Part shown: piece by piece, positions 1-9,788 of the stretch
Numbering within the stretch: the stretch's first letter is position 1
Layout of the letters: every line of letters starts with the position of its first letter
Origin: Maribacter sp.
GTDB lineage: Bacteria > Bacteroidota > Bacteroidia > Flavobacteriales > Flavobacteriaceae
Reading direction: 5' to 3'
DNA: 54,860 bases
NCBI GenBank assembly: GCA_047632415.1
Contig: JBLICT010000001.1
Location: 1-54,860, forward strand
Made by a program: the position numbers and the translations under genes
Notes under the pieces: generated by a model
Told to the model about the DNA's origin: nothing
Databases searched by the model: none
What the model saw: only the letters and a program-made list of their open reading frames with translations

Positions 1-1
1 G

Positions 2-697
2 ACATTTATACCAGACAATAAGGAAATCTTCACTAAAGAACTAAAATTAGACTTTTACGAATATCTTCCAATCTTATCTCTTAGGGAAATTCCTTTAGAT
101 AGTACTTTCAATCGTTTTTATAAAAGGATGTTTGATGTTATTATATCCCTATTTGTCGTATTTTTCATTTTATCATGGTTGTTTCCTATAATAGGATTAT
201 TTATAATACTTGAGTCAAAAGGTCCAGTGTATTTCATACAAAATAGACCTGGCTTTAAAGAAGAAGGGTTTTTGTGTTATAAGTTCAGAACAATGAGGAT
301 TAATGACGATACAGAAAAGTCGGCCACTAGAAATGACCCGAGAGTTACTAAATTAGGCGCATTGCTTAGAAGGACAAGTCTTGATGAATTGCCGCAGTTT
401 ATAAACGTGCTTTTAGGAGACATGTCCATAGTGGGACCTAGACCGCATTTGTGGAGACAAAATCATGAATATAATTCTACGGTTCAAAGATATATGTTAA
501 GACACTATGTGAGCCCAGGAATTACTGGCCTTGCTCAGGCAAAAGGATTTCGTGGTGAAATTCAAACCAATGAGGATATCATTAATAGAATTCGATATGA
601 TGTATTTTATATTGAAAACTGGTCAATTTTACTCGATATAAAAATAATGATTCAGACCGCTGTAAATATAATTAAGGGAGAGGATAAGGCCTATTAG
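2..697 (+). CDS. Undecaprenyl-phosphate glucose phosphotransferase (WcaJ/WbaP-type priming glycosyltransferase), 5'-truncated by window edge
   Basis: Frame is open from base 2 (TFIPDNKEIF...). Carries bacterial sugar transferase motifs YKFRTM, DPRVTKLG, SLDELPQF, GDMSIVGPRP, PGITGLAQ and YIENWS. Confidence 0.9.
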   Translation, partial: TFIPDNKEIFTKELKLDFYEYLPILSLREIPLDSTFNRFYKRMFDVIISLFVVFFILSWLFPIIGLFIILESKGPVYFIQNRPGFKEEGFLCYKFRTMRINDDTEKSATRNDPRVTKLGALLRRTSLDELPQFINVLLGDMSIVGPRPHLWRQNHEYNSTVQRYMLRHYVSPGITGLAQAKGFRGEIQTNEDIINRIRYDVFYIENWSILLDIKIMIQTAVNIIKGEDKAY

Positions 698-953
698 TTT
701 TAACGATGTAATTATTTTTACTATTATTAGTTGATTTTGGTTTTTTCAAGGAAAAACTTAACAGTAACGGTTTATAATACTCTTTATATATGTGTGAGAT
801 TAAATGATTGTTATGTTGGGAGCTGATGATAGGGCGTTCAGAAGGTTTAAAAATCTTATACGATTATTTTAAGTCGCTCACAAAAACAGATTTACAAAAG
901 AAAGAACATCAAGACTTCTCCAATAGATAATTTACTATTAGCAAGGCAAGTAC

Positions 954-961
954 TATGTTTG
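954..961 (+). promoter_or_regulatory. Bacteroidetes primary-sigma -7 element (TAnnTTTG) for purD
   Basis: TATGTTTG ends 17 bp before the purD ATG. Confidence 0.6.
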
Positions 962-978
962 CCAAAATTTAAAAATAA

Positions 979-2250
979 ATGAACATTCTTATCCTTGGCT
1001 CTGGAGGCCGCGAACATGCATTGGCATGGAAACTAAAACAAAGTAACAAGTTAAAACAGCTCTTTGTGGCGCCAGGTAATGCTGGTACAGCGAGCATAGC
1101 AAAAAATATAACGATTGGTGTAAATAATTTTGAGGCTATTGGGAATTTTGCATTGGATAATGGTGTTGACATGGTCATTGTAGGCCCTGAAGACCCATTA
1201 GTCAACGGAATCCATGATTATTTTCTTGATGATGAAGAATTGGCTGCAATTCCCGTAATTGGCCCGCAGAAAATGGCCGCTACATTAGAAGGCAGTAAAG
1301 AGTTCGCAAAAGAGTTTATGATGCGCCACCATATTCCAACAGCGCGTTACGAGAGCTTCACTTCTGAAACTGTGACTCAAGGTTATGAATTCTTGGAAAC
1401 ACTTACCCCTCCTTATGTGTTAAAGGCAGATGGCCTTGCCGCAGGAAAGGGAGTGGTTATCCTTAAAGATTTAGCAGAAGCCAAGATCGAGCTTACAGCG
1501 ATGCTCGTAGATGAGAAATTCGGGTCAGCAAGTTCCACGGTGGTCATCGAAGAGTTTTTGGATGGCATAGAATTGAGTGTTTTTGTGCTAACCGACGGTG
1601 AAAATTATAAAGTAATGCCCACCGCGAAGGACTATAAACGCATCGGTGAAGGTGATACTGGACTCAATACAGGGGGTATGGGGGCTATTTCGCCAGTGCC
1701 CTTTGCCGATGAAGAGCTAATGAATAAGATTGAGCAGCTAATAGTAAAACCTACCGTAGAAGGCCTTAAAAAGGATAAGTTGCCGTATAAAGGTTTTATA
1801 TTCATTGGGCTGATAAAGGTAGGGGATGACCCCAAGGTAATTGAATACAATGTGCGTTTGGGTGATCCAGAGACCGAAGTAGTGCTGCCGCGTATCAAAA
1901 ACGATCTGGTGGAATTATTTCAAGCCGTTGCAAATGGCACTTTGAATTCGATTGACCTAGAAATAGACCAACGCAGTGCAACAACGGTAATGGCGGTTTC
2001 TGGTGGATATCCTGGGAGTTATGAGAAAGGAAAGGAAATTTCGGGAATAGAAACAATTACCGATTCCCTCGTATTTCAGGCTGGCACAACGGTTAAGGAT
2101 GGAAAAACAGTAACTAATGGTGGACGAGTGATCGCCATCACTTCTTTTGGAGAAGATTTTAAATCGGCCTTGAAAATATCTTATAAGAATGTTGGGAAAC
2201 TTTCGTTTGAGGGTATGAATTACAGAAAGGATATAGGGTTCGACCTATAA
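979..2250 (+). CDS. purD: Phosphoribosylamine--glycine ligase
   Basis: Motifs GSGGREHAL, LKADGLAAGKGV, GDTGLNTGGMGA, EYNVRLGDPE and YRKDIG. Confidence 0.98.
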   Translation: MNILILGSGGREHALAWKLKQSNKLKQLFVAPGNAGTASIAKNITIGVNNFEAIGNFALDNGVDMVIVGPEDPLVNGIHDYFLDDEELAAIPVIGPQKMAATLEGSKEFAKEFMMRHHIPTARYESFTSETVTQGYEFLETLTPPYVLKADGLAAGKGVVILKDLAEAKIELTAMLVDEKFGSASSTVVIEEFLDGIELSVFVLTDGENYKVMPTAKDYKRIGEGDTGLNTGGMGAISPVPFADEELMNKIEQLIVKPTVEGLKKDKLPYKGFIFIGLIKVGDDPKVIEYNVRLGDPETEVVLPRIKNDLVELFQAVANGTLNSIDLEIDQRSATTVMAVSGGYPGSYEKGKEISGIETITDSLVFQAGTTVKDGKTVTNGGRVIAITSFGEDFKSALKISYKNVGKLSFEGMNYRKDIGFDL

Positions 2251-2270
2251 TCTATTCAATCTATACTAAA

Positions 2271-2330
2271 TAAAAGCACCGTTTACCTTGGTTTCAACTA
2301 CCAATTAAACGGTGCTTTTAAATTGTAAGG
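2271..2330. terminator. Bidirectional intrinsic terminator between convergent purD and small membrane protein gene
   Basis: Inverted repeat TAAAAGCACCGTTTA...TAAACGGTGCTTTTA with A/T tracts at both ends. Confidence 0.75.
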
Positions 2331-2339
2331 AAAAGCGCC

Positions 2340-2561
2340 TTACAAATAAGAGTGAGAAGTGACAGACTTGTCTTCTTCACCCGTATCGTTGTATTTTTTC
2401 AACTGCAACATCCAATAAACAAAAGCTACAGAACCAATCAACATAAAAAACCAGTTTATGCTATTGGAGAGTGTCCAGCTTTCCATAAATCGTAAAACAT
2501 CGAACGGTGTAAATAGCACATTTACAAATAAATCGGCAATACCTTCAAATAATGACTTCAT
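2340..2561 (-). CDS. Small conserved Flavobacteriaceae membrane protein (DUF6341-like), 73 aa
   Basis: MKSLFEGIADLFVNVLF...NWFFMLIGSVAFVYWMLQLKK with one TM segment. Typical neighbour of purD. Start moved to the internal ATG at 2561. Confidence 0.75.
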   Translation of the reverse strand: MKSLFEGIADLFVNVLFTPFDVLRFMESWTLSNSINWFFMLIGSVAFVYWMLQLKKYNDTGEEDKSVTSHSYL

Positions 2562-2602
2562 CTTATTCCTATATTTACACCACAAAAGTATAAAAATCGT
2601 AG

Positions 2603-3541
2603 ATGATTTCAAGCATTTTTGGAAAAACAAAACCGATAAACTTCATAATTTTATTAGGTTTTTTATTCCTTTTTTATTGGGTAGTGCAAGTTTACCTTCT
2701 CGGGACCGATTTTTCTACCAACCAAATAGCGGTAGAAATCCTTGTTTTGAGTATTCTTTTGTTTAGTGTTTTTATTGTCGATTTTATCGTAAACAGAAAC
2801 AAACTCACCGGGGCAAATTCGTATGCAATCCTTTTTTACACGCTCTTGTTCGTTGTTTTTCCAGAAACATTATCAGATAGTAATGCCATTCTATGTAGTT
2901 TGTTTCTACTGCTTTCAACCAGAAGGGTGTTAAGTATAAAGTCCTTAAAGGATATAAAGTCAAAAGTTTTTGATGCTACGCTTTGGGTTCTTGTCGCTAG
3001 TTTATTCTATGACTGGGCTATATTGTATATGGTTCTGGTCTTTGTTACTATTTATATTTATGAACCTAAGAATATCAGGAATTGGCTGGTGATTTTGTCC
3101 GCTGCTTTTTCATTTTTTATGATAACGTTTACGGTTTTGATATTTGCTAATAATTCTGACTTTTTAATACAACACTATAGCTTTGATATTGACTACGCTG
3201 CTATTTATCCTCCCAAATGGGATTCCAGTATTAAAGTAAGTGCGTATATCATCATTAATCTGATACTAGCCTTTTGGTCTTTTTTGGCTTTAGGAAAAGC
3301 CGGCGCAGGTAAAATTATTACCATTAGGCTTGTGGCCCTTTCTTTCGTTCTAGGGTTGCTGGTAAATTTATTGGTGCTTACAGAAAGCACCTATGCAATT
3401 ATGATTACCTTTTTTCCCTCTGTTATTTTTATTTGTAATTATATAGAATCTATAAAAAGGCAAAATCTTTTGGAGTTGAATCTTGTGCTAAGTGTAGTGG
3501 TACCCTTGCTTGTATTTTTAGTTAAACTATGGGTTGGGTAA
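2603..3541 (+). CDS. Polytopic membrane protein (DUF6427-like)
   Basis: 312 aa with many TM segments. MISSIFGKTKPINF start is typical of Flavobacteriaceae homologs. Confidence 0.7.
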   Translation: MISSIFGKTKPINFIILLGFLFLFYWVVQVYLLGTDFSTNQIAVEILVLSILLFSVFIVDFIVNRNKLTGANSYAILFYTLLFVVFPETLSDSNAILCSLFLLLSTRRVLSIKSLKDIKSKVFDATLWVLVASLFYDWAILYMVLVFVTIYIYEPKNIRNWLVILSAAFSFFMITFTVLIFANNSDFLIQHYSFDIDYAAIYPPKWDSSIKVSAYIIINLILAFWSFLALGKAGAGKIITIRLVALSFVLGLLVNLLVLTESTYAIMITFFPSVIFICNYIESIKRQNLLELNLVLSVVVPLLVFLVKLWVG

Positions 3542-3548
3542 TTAGAAT

Positions 3549-3556
3549 TATATTTG
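3549..3556 (+). promoter_or_regulatory. -7 element (TAnnTTTG) for the DUF4254 gene
   Basis: TATATTTG ends 15 bp before the ATG. Confidence 0.55.
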
Positions 3557-3571
3557 TAAAAAAGTAGTCTT

Positions 3572-4183
3572 ATGTTCAGTAAACTCGCAATCGAGATTTT
3601 TCAGAAGAGTATAGAAAAGTATCATATAAAGGACGATGTGTACCAAACGTTTGCCAACCCCTATGAAATGGACAGTATTGAGCATTTACTCTATCGAAAA
3701 AATTGGATAGACACCGTTCAGTGGCATTACGAAGATATTATTCGTGACCCGCAAATTGAACCGAATGCGGCATTGACTTTGAAACGTAAGATTGACGCCA
3801 GTAACCAAGATAGGACAGATTTGGTAGAATTTATAGACAGTTATTTCTTAAATAAATACCAATCGGTAGAAATCAAAAAAAATGCCACGATAAATACCGA
3901 AAGTCCGGCGTGGGCTATTGACCGACTCTCTATTTTAGCTTTAAAAATATATCATATGAATGAAGAGGCTACTCGCACGGATGCTTCTTCTGAACATATG
4001 ATAAAGTGTGAAACGAAGCTGGCAATTTTATTGGAACAACGTGTAGATTTATCTACGGCAATTGATCAGCTTTTGAATGATATAGAAGCAGGAAATAAAT
4101 ACATGAAAGTCTACAAGCAAATGAAGATGTATAATGATGATGAGTTAAATCCAGTGTTACGAAAGACAACGAAAGAGAGGTAG
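3572..4183 (+). CDS. DUF4254 domain protein
   Basis: Motifs KNWIDTVQWHYEDIIR, NTESPAWAIDRLSILALKIYHM and KQMKMYND. Usual partner of a GT9 gene. Confidence 0.85.
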   Translation: MFSKLAIEIFQKSIEKYHIKDDVYQTFANPYEMDSIEHLLYRKNWIDTVQWHYEDIIRDPQIEPNAALTLKRKIDASNQDRTDLVEFIDSYFLNKYQSVEIKKNATINTESPAWAIDRLSILALKIYHMNEEATRTDASSEHMIKCETKLAILLEQRVDLSTAIDQLLNDIEAGNKYMKVYKQMKMYNDDELNPVLRKTTKER

Positions 4184-4247
4184 TGTAACACAAGTTGCTT
4201 TATTTTTTGGCAATACTAATTCATAATAGTTTTAATTTTTTTGATTG

Positions 4248-5345
4248 ATGGATCCGGATTCAAGTTCAAGCACTACTTTGAAACCTGCCAATAGGAACGC
4301 GCAACATTTGTTAGTTATTCGCCTTTCGGCGATGGGTGATGTAGCCATGACCATTCCTGTGTTGATTGCCTTGACCCAAAAATATCCTCATTTAAAAATT
4401 ACTGTACTTACCAAACCATTTTTCGAACCTATTCTTTCACAGCTGCCTAATGTAACGATTCATAAGGCAGAGGTAAAAGGAAAGCATAGGGGTATTTTAG
4501 GTCTTTGGAAACTATATAAAGAGCTTAAGCCTACTGGAATTGATAGTGTTGCCGATCTTCATAATGTCCTTCGAAGTTCCATTTTAAAACGATTTTTTAA
4601 ATCTAAAGGCATTCCGTTTATACAGATAGATAAAGCAAGAAAGGAAAAGAAGGCACTTACGGCCATTAAAAACAAAGTATTTGAACCTTTAAAACCTATG
4701 CATTTACGTTATGCGGATGTATTTGCATTGTTAGGTTTTCCGATAAATTTAGAAAACAAGCATGTACTTTCTTGGTTGGAAATTTCAACTAAGTTAAAGC
4801 AAACGATTGGGGTAGAGGAGAAGCGATTTATCGGGATAGCTCCGTTTGCTGCCTTTTCTGGAAAAATGTATCCCTTGCACCTTATGAAAGAGGTTTTAGA
4901 GCAATTGAATTCCTTGGGAGCTTATCAAATTTTATTATTTGGTGGTGGTACCACAGAAAAGAAACAATTGGAAGTGTGGGAACAGGAACTGGAGCATTGT
5001 GTAAGTGTTGTAGGTAAGATTAATTTTAAAGAAGAACTAGCCCTTATTTCACACTTGGACCTTATGGTAGCAATGGACAGCGGTAACTCGCATTTAGCTG
5101 CCATGTATGGGATTCCAACTATAACACTCTGGGGCGTTACGCACCCTTTTGCTGGCTTTTATCCCTTTGGACAACCTCAAGAAAATGCACTGTTATCCGA
5201 TAGAGAAAAATATCCTTTAATACCTACTTCGGTCTACGGCAATAGATTTCCAGAGGGTTATGACCGAGCTATGGAAACCATAGCTCCGAAACAAGTAATT
5301 CAAAAAATTAAAGAAGTATTGCGTTTAGAAGAAATTAAACCGTAA
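4248..5345 (+). CDS. Glycosyltransferase family 9 (ADP-heptose:LPS heptosyltransferase-like)
   Basis: Motifs IRLSAMGDVAM, ADLHNVLRS and MDSGNSHLAAM. Start uncertain. Confidence 0.9.
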   Translation: MDPDSSSSTTLKPANRNAQHLLVIRLSAMGDVAMTIPVLIALTQKYPHLKITVLTKPFFEPILSQLPNVTIHKAEVKGKHRGILGLWKLYKELKPTGIDSVADLHNVLRSSILKRFFKSKGIPFIQIDKARKEKKALTAIKNKVFEPLKPMHLRYADVFALLGFPINLENKHVLSWLEISTKLKQTIGVEEKRFIGIAPFAAFSGKMYPLHLMKEVLEQLNSLGAYQILLFGGGTTEKKQLEVWEQELEHCVSVVGKINFKEELALISHLDLMVAMDSGNSHLAAMYGIPTITLWGVTHPFAGFYPFGQPQENALLSDREKYPLIPTSVYGNRFPEGYDRAMETIAPKQVIQKIKEVLRLEEIKP

Positions 5346-5952
5346 CGTTTTTAGCTTCGATTAATTTGAAGTATTGTTTAAGTTGACCCATAAAACGATA
5401 TTTTCTAGCACTAGGTGAAGCTCCTGCCATTAGGGTTCGTACACCAAAGTAGGCACTCATTAGATAGGTGGCTACGGCCTCACAATCTACATGACGGTCT
5501 AAATGGCCATTGAACTTTCCTTTTTGTAAGGTAGAAACAAGATTTACTTCCCAAATAGAAAGAATATCATTTAAATGCTTCATAATGGTGTCGTTTCGCC
5601 CGTTAAATTCAGACATAAAATTACTAAGAACACAACCAAAATCCATCTCGTTATTAAGGGCGCTTTCTAGGGCATCCTCAAAACATTCTATAATAGTCTG
5701 AATAGGATTATCATGACCTTCAATAGGTTCGATTAACGTGCTGTAGACCTTCCTAGCCAGTAAATTCTGTACAATCTGTATAAAGAAGTCCTCCTTAGAA
5801 TCAAAGTGATAGTAAAATGCGCCTTTACTCATAGAAAGCTCCTTTAAGACGTCATCTACACTTGTGTTATAATATCCTTTTGAATAAAATAATTCTAGAC
5901 CTTTAGCCTGCATACGTTGCATGGTAGCCATGCGTTTTAATGATTTTTCCAT
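5335..5952 (-). CDS. TetR/AcrR-family regulator, NemR/LmrA-like, with three Cys
   Basis: HTH GYYNTSVDDVLKELSMSKGAFYYHFDSKEDF and C-domain 'GC' motif (FGCVLSN). Start taken at MEKSLK. Confidence 0.9.
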   Translation of the reverse strand: MEKSLKRMATMQRMQAKGLELFYSKGYYNTSVDDVLKELSMSKGAFYYHFDSKEDFFIQIVQNLLARKVYSTLIEPIEGHDNPIQTIIECFEDALESALNNEMDFGCVLSNFMSEFNGRNDTIMKHLNDILSIWEVNLVSTLQKGKFNGHLDRHVDCEAVATYLMSAYFGVRTLMAGASPSARKYRFMGQLKQYFKLIEAKNVTV

Positions 5953-5972
5953 AATTTCAAGATTTGGGTTAA

Positions 5973-5990
5973 ACCGACCATGTGGTCTAT
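5973..5990. promoter_or_regulatory. Putative TetR operator, copy 1 (autoregulatory)
   Basis: ACCGACC-ATGT-GGTCTAT, 20 bp upstream of the tetR ATG. Confidence 0.7.
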
Positions 5991-6099
5991 ACAAAGAACC
6001 CTCAGATTGTATTTAGGAACAGGATATTTGGATGTACGCATACAAATAATCGGTCAAAGTGCAAAATATCGATATACTACCTATAATTCTAAAATAGTT

Positions 6100-6117
6100 A
6101 CCGACCGAGTGGTCGGT
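6100..6117. promoter_or_regulatory. Putative TetR operator, copy 2 (perfect arms)
   Basis: ACCGACC-GAGT-GGTCGGT in the tetR/bestrophin divergent region. Confidence 0.75.
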
Positions 6118-6255
6118 TTAAGTGCTAAAGTTTTGCGACAAAAGACCACCGTTACGGCAGTTATAAAACATCTAGTTTGATTTCTATGTCTAAATCGGGT
6201 AACTTTCGAGCAATACGACTATTGATATTGAATAGACATATCAAACTATAAGCTT

Positions 6256-7311
6256 ATGTACACCAAAAAAAACTATACCGCTTTTCAAATGGCGTGGTGG
6301 ACCCGTTTTGAAACTTTTCTTTTCATTATAATTATTTCTGTTTGGGTGGCACTCTATCACTTTCTTGATTTAACCTGGTTAAAAATTCCCTGGACACCTT
6401 TGGCCCTAATCGGCACTGCAGTGGCTTTTGTTGTCGGATTTCAGAATAACTCGGCTTATGATAGAATTTGGGAGGCTAGAAAGATATGGGGGGGTATCGT
6501 AAACACATCCCGAACTTTTGGGATGTTCGTTCAGGATATGATTACCAATGAATATGCTGATAAGGCTATGTCAGATGAATTCCTGCAGCAGGAAATGAAA
6601 ACACTTACCTATAGGCACATTGCTTGGATGACCGCACTAAGACGGGCGATGAGAACACCCAAAACTTGGGAAACTGCAGTAAATCATAGAACTAATAAGG
6701 AGTGGGATAACAAGCCGCCAGAATTGAACTCTACTTTGGAGGAGGATATAAAGCATTACATTTCTAAAGAGGACTATTTATATGTTATGAGTAAGGATAA
6801 TAAGCAAACGGCTCTTTTATACTTACAATCCCATCATTTAAAAAAGCTAAAAGAGCAGGGTGTACTTTGGGAATTTTCATTTTTGGAATTGGAGGCTGTG
6901 CTTAAGGACTTATTTACCTTACAGGGACAAAGTGAACGGATAAAGAATTTTCCCTACCCGAGGCAGTTCGCTACCCTAAATCATTTTTTTATGTGGGTAT
7001 TCGTGCTTCTTTTACCCTTGGCACTCGTTCCACAATTTGGGGAAATTGGACTTGAAATCGCGGAACAAAGTCCGCTTATTGGAAAATACTTTGTTTGGGC
7101 AACAATTCCCTTTTATGTTATCGTTGCATGGATATTCCATACCATGGAGCGTATTGGTAGAACAGGTGAAAACCCATTTGAAGGGACAGCTAATGATGTC
7201 CCCATCTCAACCCTTGCAAGAGGTATTGAAATAGACCTGAGACAAAACTTAGGGGAAACCAAAGAAGAGATTCCGGCACAATTCCCTATGAAGTATAACA
7301 CACAGTTTTAA
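6256..7311 (+). CDS. Bestrophin-family (YneE-like) putative anion channel
   Basis: Motifs NNSAYDRIWEARKIWGGIVNTSR, ERIKNFPYP and ENPFEG...DVPI. Confidence 0.88.
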   Translation: MYTKKNYTAFQMAWWTRFETFLFIIIISVWVALYHFLDLTWLKIPWTPLALIGTAVAFVVGFQNNSAYDRIWEARKIWGGIVNTSRTFGMFVQDMITNEYADKAMSDEFLQQEMKTLTYRHIAWMTALRRAMRTPKTWETAVNHRTNKEWDNKPPELNSTLEEDIKHYISKEDYLYVMSKDNKQTALLYLQSHHLKKLKEQGVLWEFSFLELEAVLKDLFTLQGQSERIKNFPYPRQFATLNHFFMWVFVLLLPLALVPQFGEIGLEIAEQSPLIGKYFVWATIPFYVIVAWIFHTMERIGRTGENPFEGTANDVPISTLARGIEIDLRQNLGETKEEIPAQFPMKYNTQF

Positions 7312-7408
7312 GTAAGCCCCAGTGACTATTAGTTCTTTTAAAGTTACAAGCCATTCAATTGAGTTCCTTGTAACTTTATTTGAGTATTAAGAGCATAAAT
7401 TAGGTCAA

Positions 7409-8464
7409 TTAGGCCACCGTCCCCTGACAACTACTCCCCGCACCGGCGGTACACCCATAGCAATGTTGAGAGACGATGATATTCCTATCGTTAAGTAGAT
7501 CTTCGTTATAATCTTTAATGTGCTTTATCTTACTGGCTACTTTTAAATCTAGCATTTGGTTAAAATCACAATCGTAAAGCCATCCGTCCCAACTTATGGA
7601 GATAGTATTCGTACACATTACGTTCGCTACAGCAGAAGGGTTATAAGCATCTACTAAAGCATACATATAGTCATCATAGTTTTCCGAAGCTATTAAATAA
7701 TCCAAGAAACGAGCTATGGGTAAATTGGTAATGGTAAACAAATTATGGAATTTAATATCAAAATCCTCTTTCAAAGCTTTTTTAAAGTCTTTCTCCATAG
7801 CTGCTTGGTCACCCGGTAAATATGCTCCTGAAGGATTATAAACTAAATCTAAGCGTAAAGAGCTCCCTGGTATCCCGTAGCCTCTTTCGTTAAGTTCTTG
7901 TAAAGCTTTTATCGATTTGTCAAAAACACCTTCTCCTCGTTGCTTATCCGTTTTCCCTCGTGTCCAGTGTGGCATAGAAGAGATAACATGTACATTATGT
8001 TTTTTAAAGAAATCCGGTAAGTGATAGTATTTTTTATTTGCCCTGATTATAGTAAGGTTAGAGCGTACGATAAAGTCTTTGATACCTGCTTCAGCCGCTT
8101 GTTCTACAAACCATTCAAAATCAGGATTCATTTCTGGCGCTCCACCGGTCAAATCTAAGGTATGGGCACCGGTATTTTTAATGACTTCTAAACATTGCGT
8201 CATCGTTTCACGAGTCATGATTTCTTTACGGTCCGGACCGGCATCTACGTGGCAGTGCTCACAGACTTGATTACACATGTATCCTAAATTAAGTTGTAGA
8301 ATCTCCAACTTTTTAGGGCGTAAGGGGAAATGACCTATTTCAGAAATCTTGTCTTTGAAAAAGGGAAGTTCGCCATCGGCAAAGAGGCCTCCGCTTAAAA
8401 TATCGAGTTGCTTATTGCTTTGTGCAAGTTCGTTTCCTTTTGCTTTTAATGATTTTGTAGCCAT
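7409..8464 (-). CDS. arsS: ArsS-type radical SAM / Cys-rich protein (arsenosugar biosynthesis radical SAM family, DUF3641 C-terminus)
   Basis: CNQVCEHCHVDAGP (CxxxCxxC), LDLTGGAPEMNP, LYDCDFNQML and C-terminal HCYGCTAGAGSSCQG. Confidence 0.88.
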   Translation of the reverse strand: MATKSLKAKGNELAQSNKQLDILSGGLFADGELPFFKDKISEIGHFPLRPKKLEILQLNLGYMCNQVCEHCHVDAGPDRKEIMTRETMTQCLEVIKNTGAHTLDLTGGAPEMNPDFEWFVEQAAEAGIKDFIVRSNLTIIRANKKYYHLPDFFKKHNVHVISSMPHWTRGKTDKQRGEGVFDKSIKALQELNERGYGIPGSSLRLDLVYNPSGAYLPGDQAAMEKDFKKALKEDFDIKFHNLFTITNLPIARFLDYLIASENYDDYMYALVDAYNPSAVANVMCTNTISISWDGWLYDCDFNQMLDLKVASKIKHIKDYNEDLLNDRNIIVSQHCYGCTAGAGSSCQGTVA

Positions 8465-8582
8465 TTTTTTTAGTATTGAGTACAACGTAGTGCGTATTTA
8501 AATGTCACTTTAAGGACTCTGTTTATAATCTTATTTCTAAAAGCGCAGCAGTTTTATATCTTAGAGCGCATTGTTTTGTCTA

Positions 8583-9788
8583 TTACATCGACAATTTATC
8601 ATACTTATTCATCATTTGTACCCCATGCACCAAGGTTGCTCCACTTTCAATGGCAGCTCCTACATGCACCGCTTCCATCATCTCTTCTTTGGTAATTCCC
8701 TTTTGCAGACCATCTTTGGTGTAGGCATCAATACAATATGGACATTTAACTACATGGGAAACAGCCAGGGCAATTAAGGATTTCTCCCTTGCACTTAGTG
8801 CGCCTTCTTCGAAAACGGTACTATAATAGTCAAAAAACTTTGTTCCGAGTTCTTCACTCCATTCCGTTATTTTGCCGAATTTTCTTAAATCTTTTGGGTC
8901 GTAATACGAATCTGCCATCTTTTTTTGTGTTTTAAGTGCTATAGTTTCTTTTTGTGAATGGTCTGAGTTGATTGGAATTCCCTGTCCTATTTTTTCCAAT
9001 TCGGGAAGGATTTCCATATTGTCCCAAATACCGGAAGTTAATGTATCTGCATACGATTCAGGTAGGTGGTTTTTAAACATTAGTTGCTGTGCTGTGCTGT
9101 GGTCATACTCAAAAGACCGGTGGGTATAATTTAATTCATCCTGCTGTATTTCCAGTATCATATACCAGACTCTTGTGGTACCGTCATTTGCAGGCATTCC
9201 AATTGCGCCAGGGTTTAGCCAAAGTTTTTCTTTTATGGACTGATGAAAAGGGAGTCCACAATGCCCAGCAATGATTACATCACTTTTGGTTTCTGTAAAG
9301 CACTTTTCTTTGCTACTATTGGCATTAGATTTAAAAACAAATTCTGATGTATTTTTATAATTTCCGTGAACTACCGTAATTTTTTTATCGCCATAATCAA
9401 AACTAATATATTCAGGAACCTCAGAAATCCATTGCAAGGATTCTTTTGATAAATGGCCTTTGGTATAAGGAAACCAAGTCTTTGAAAAGTCATCGCAACG
9501 ACTTCCAGCTTTAAAATCGCAACCGCAATCTTCACTATCGTTGGCCAATTGTAGCTCTACATTACCGGCTATACTCAACGCACCCCATTTACGGAATAGT
9601 TGCACGGTATCTTCAGGTTGGGCACAGTATCCGGTAATATCTCCGGTACAAATACAATTTTCTGGAGCAATGCCTTCGGTGTCAGCAATACCTATTAACT
9701 GCTCCAAAGCCTGCAGATTACTATATACCCCTCCAAAGAGTAATAGCTTTCCGTTTTTGGTTCCGATATGTGTTATCCCTTTATCCAT
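8583..9788 (-). CDS. Metallophosphoesterase fused in frame to an AhpD/CMD peroxidase-like protein of the ArsS-associated family
   Basis: N-domain has GGVYSNLQAL, CTGDITGY, IAGN, VVHG, AGHCGLP and NPGAIG. C-domain starts at MADSYYDPKDL (ATG 8918) and has EKSLIALAV..KCPYCIDAY. No stop lies between them. Confidence 0.8.
   Translation of the reverse strand: MDKGITHIGTKNGKLLLFGGVYSNLQALEQLIGIADTEGIAPENCICTGDITGYCAQPEDTVQLFRKWGALSIAGNVELQLANDSEDCGCDFKAGSRCDDFSKTWFPYTKGHLSKESLQWISEVPEYISFDYGDKKITVVHGNYKNTSEFVFKSNANSSKEKCFTETKSDVIIAGHCGLPFHQSIKEKLWLNPGAIGMPANDGTTRVWYMILEIQQDELNYTHRSFEYDHSTAQQLMFKNHLPESYADTLTSGIWDNMEILPELEKIGQGIPINSDHSQKETIALKTQKKMADSYYDPKDLRKFGKITEWSEELGTKFFDYYSTVFEEGALSAREKSLIALAVSHVVKCPYCIDAYTKDGLQKGITKEEMMEAVHVGAAIESGATLVHGVQMMNKYDKLSM

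Noticed and set aside
7409-7450. Selenocysteine in the ArsS C-terminal motif
   Set aside because: The motif is encoded with Cys codons (GSSCQG) and ends at TAA. There is no in-frame TGA.
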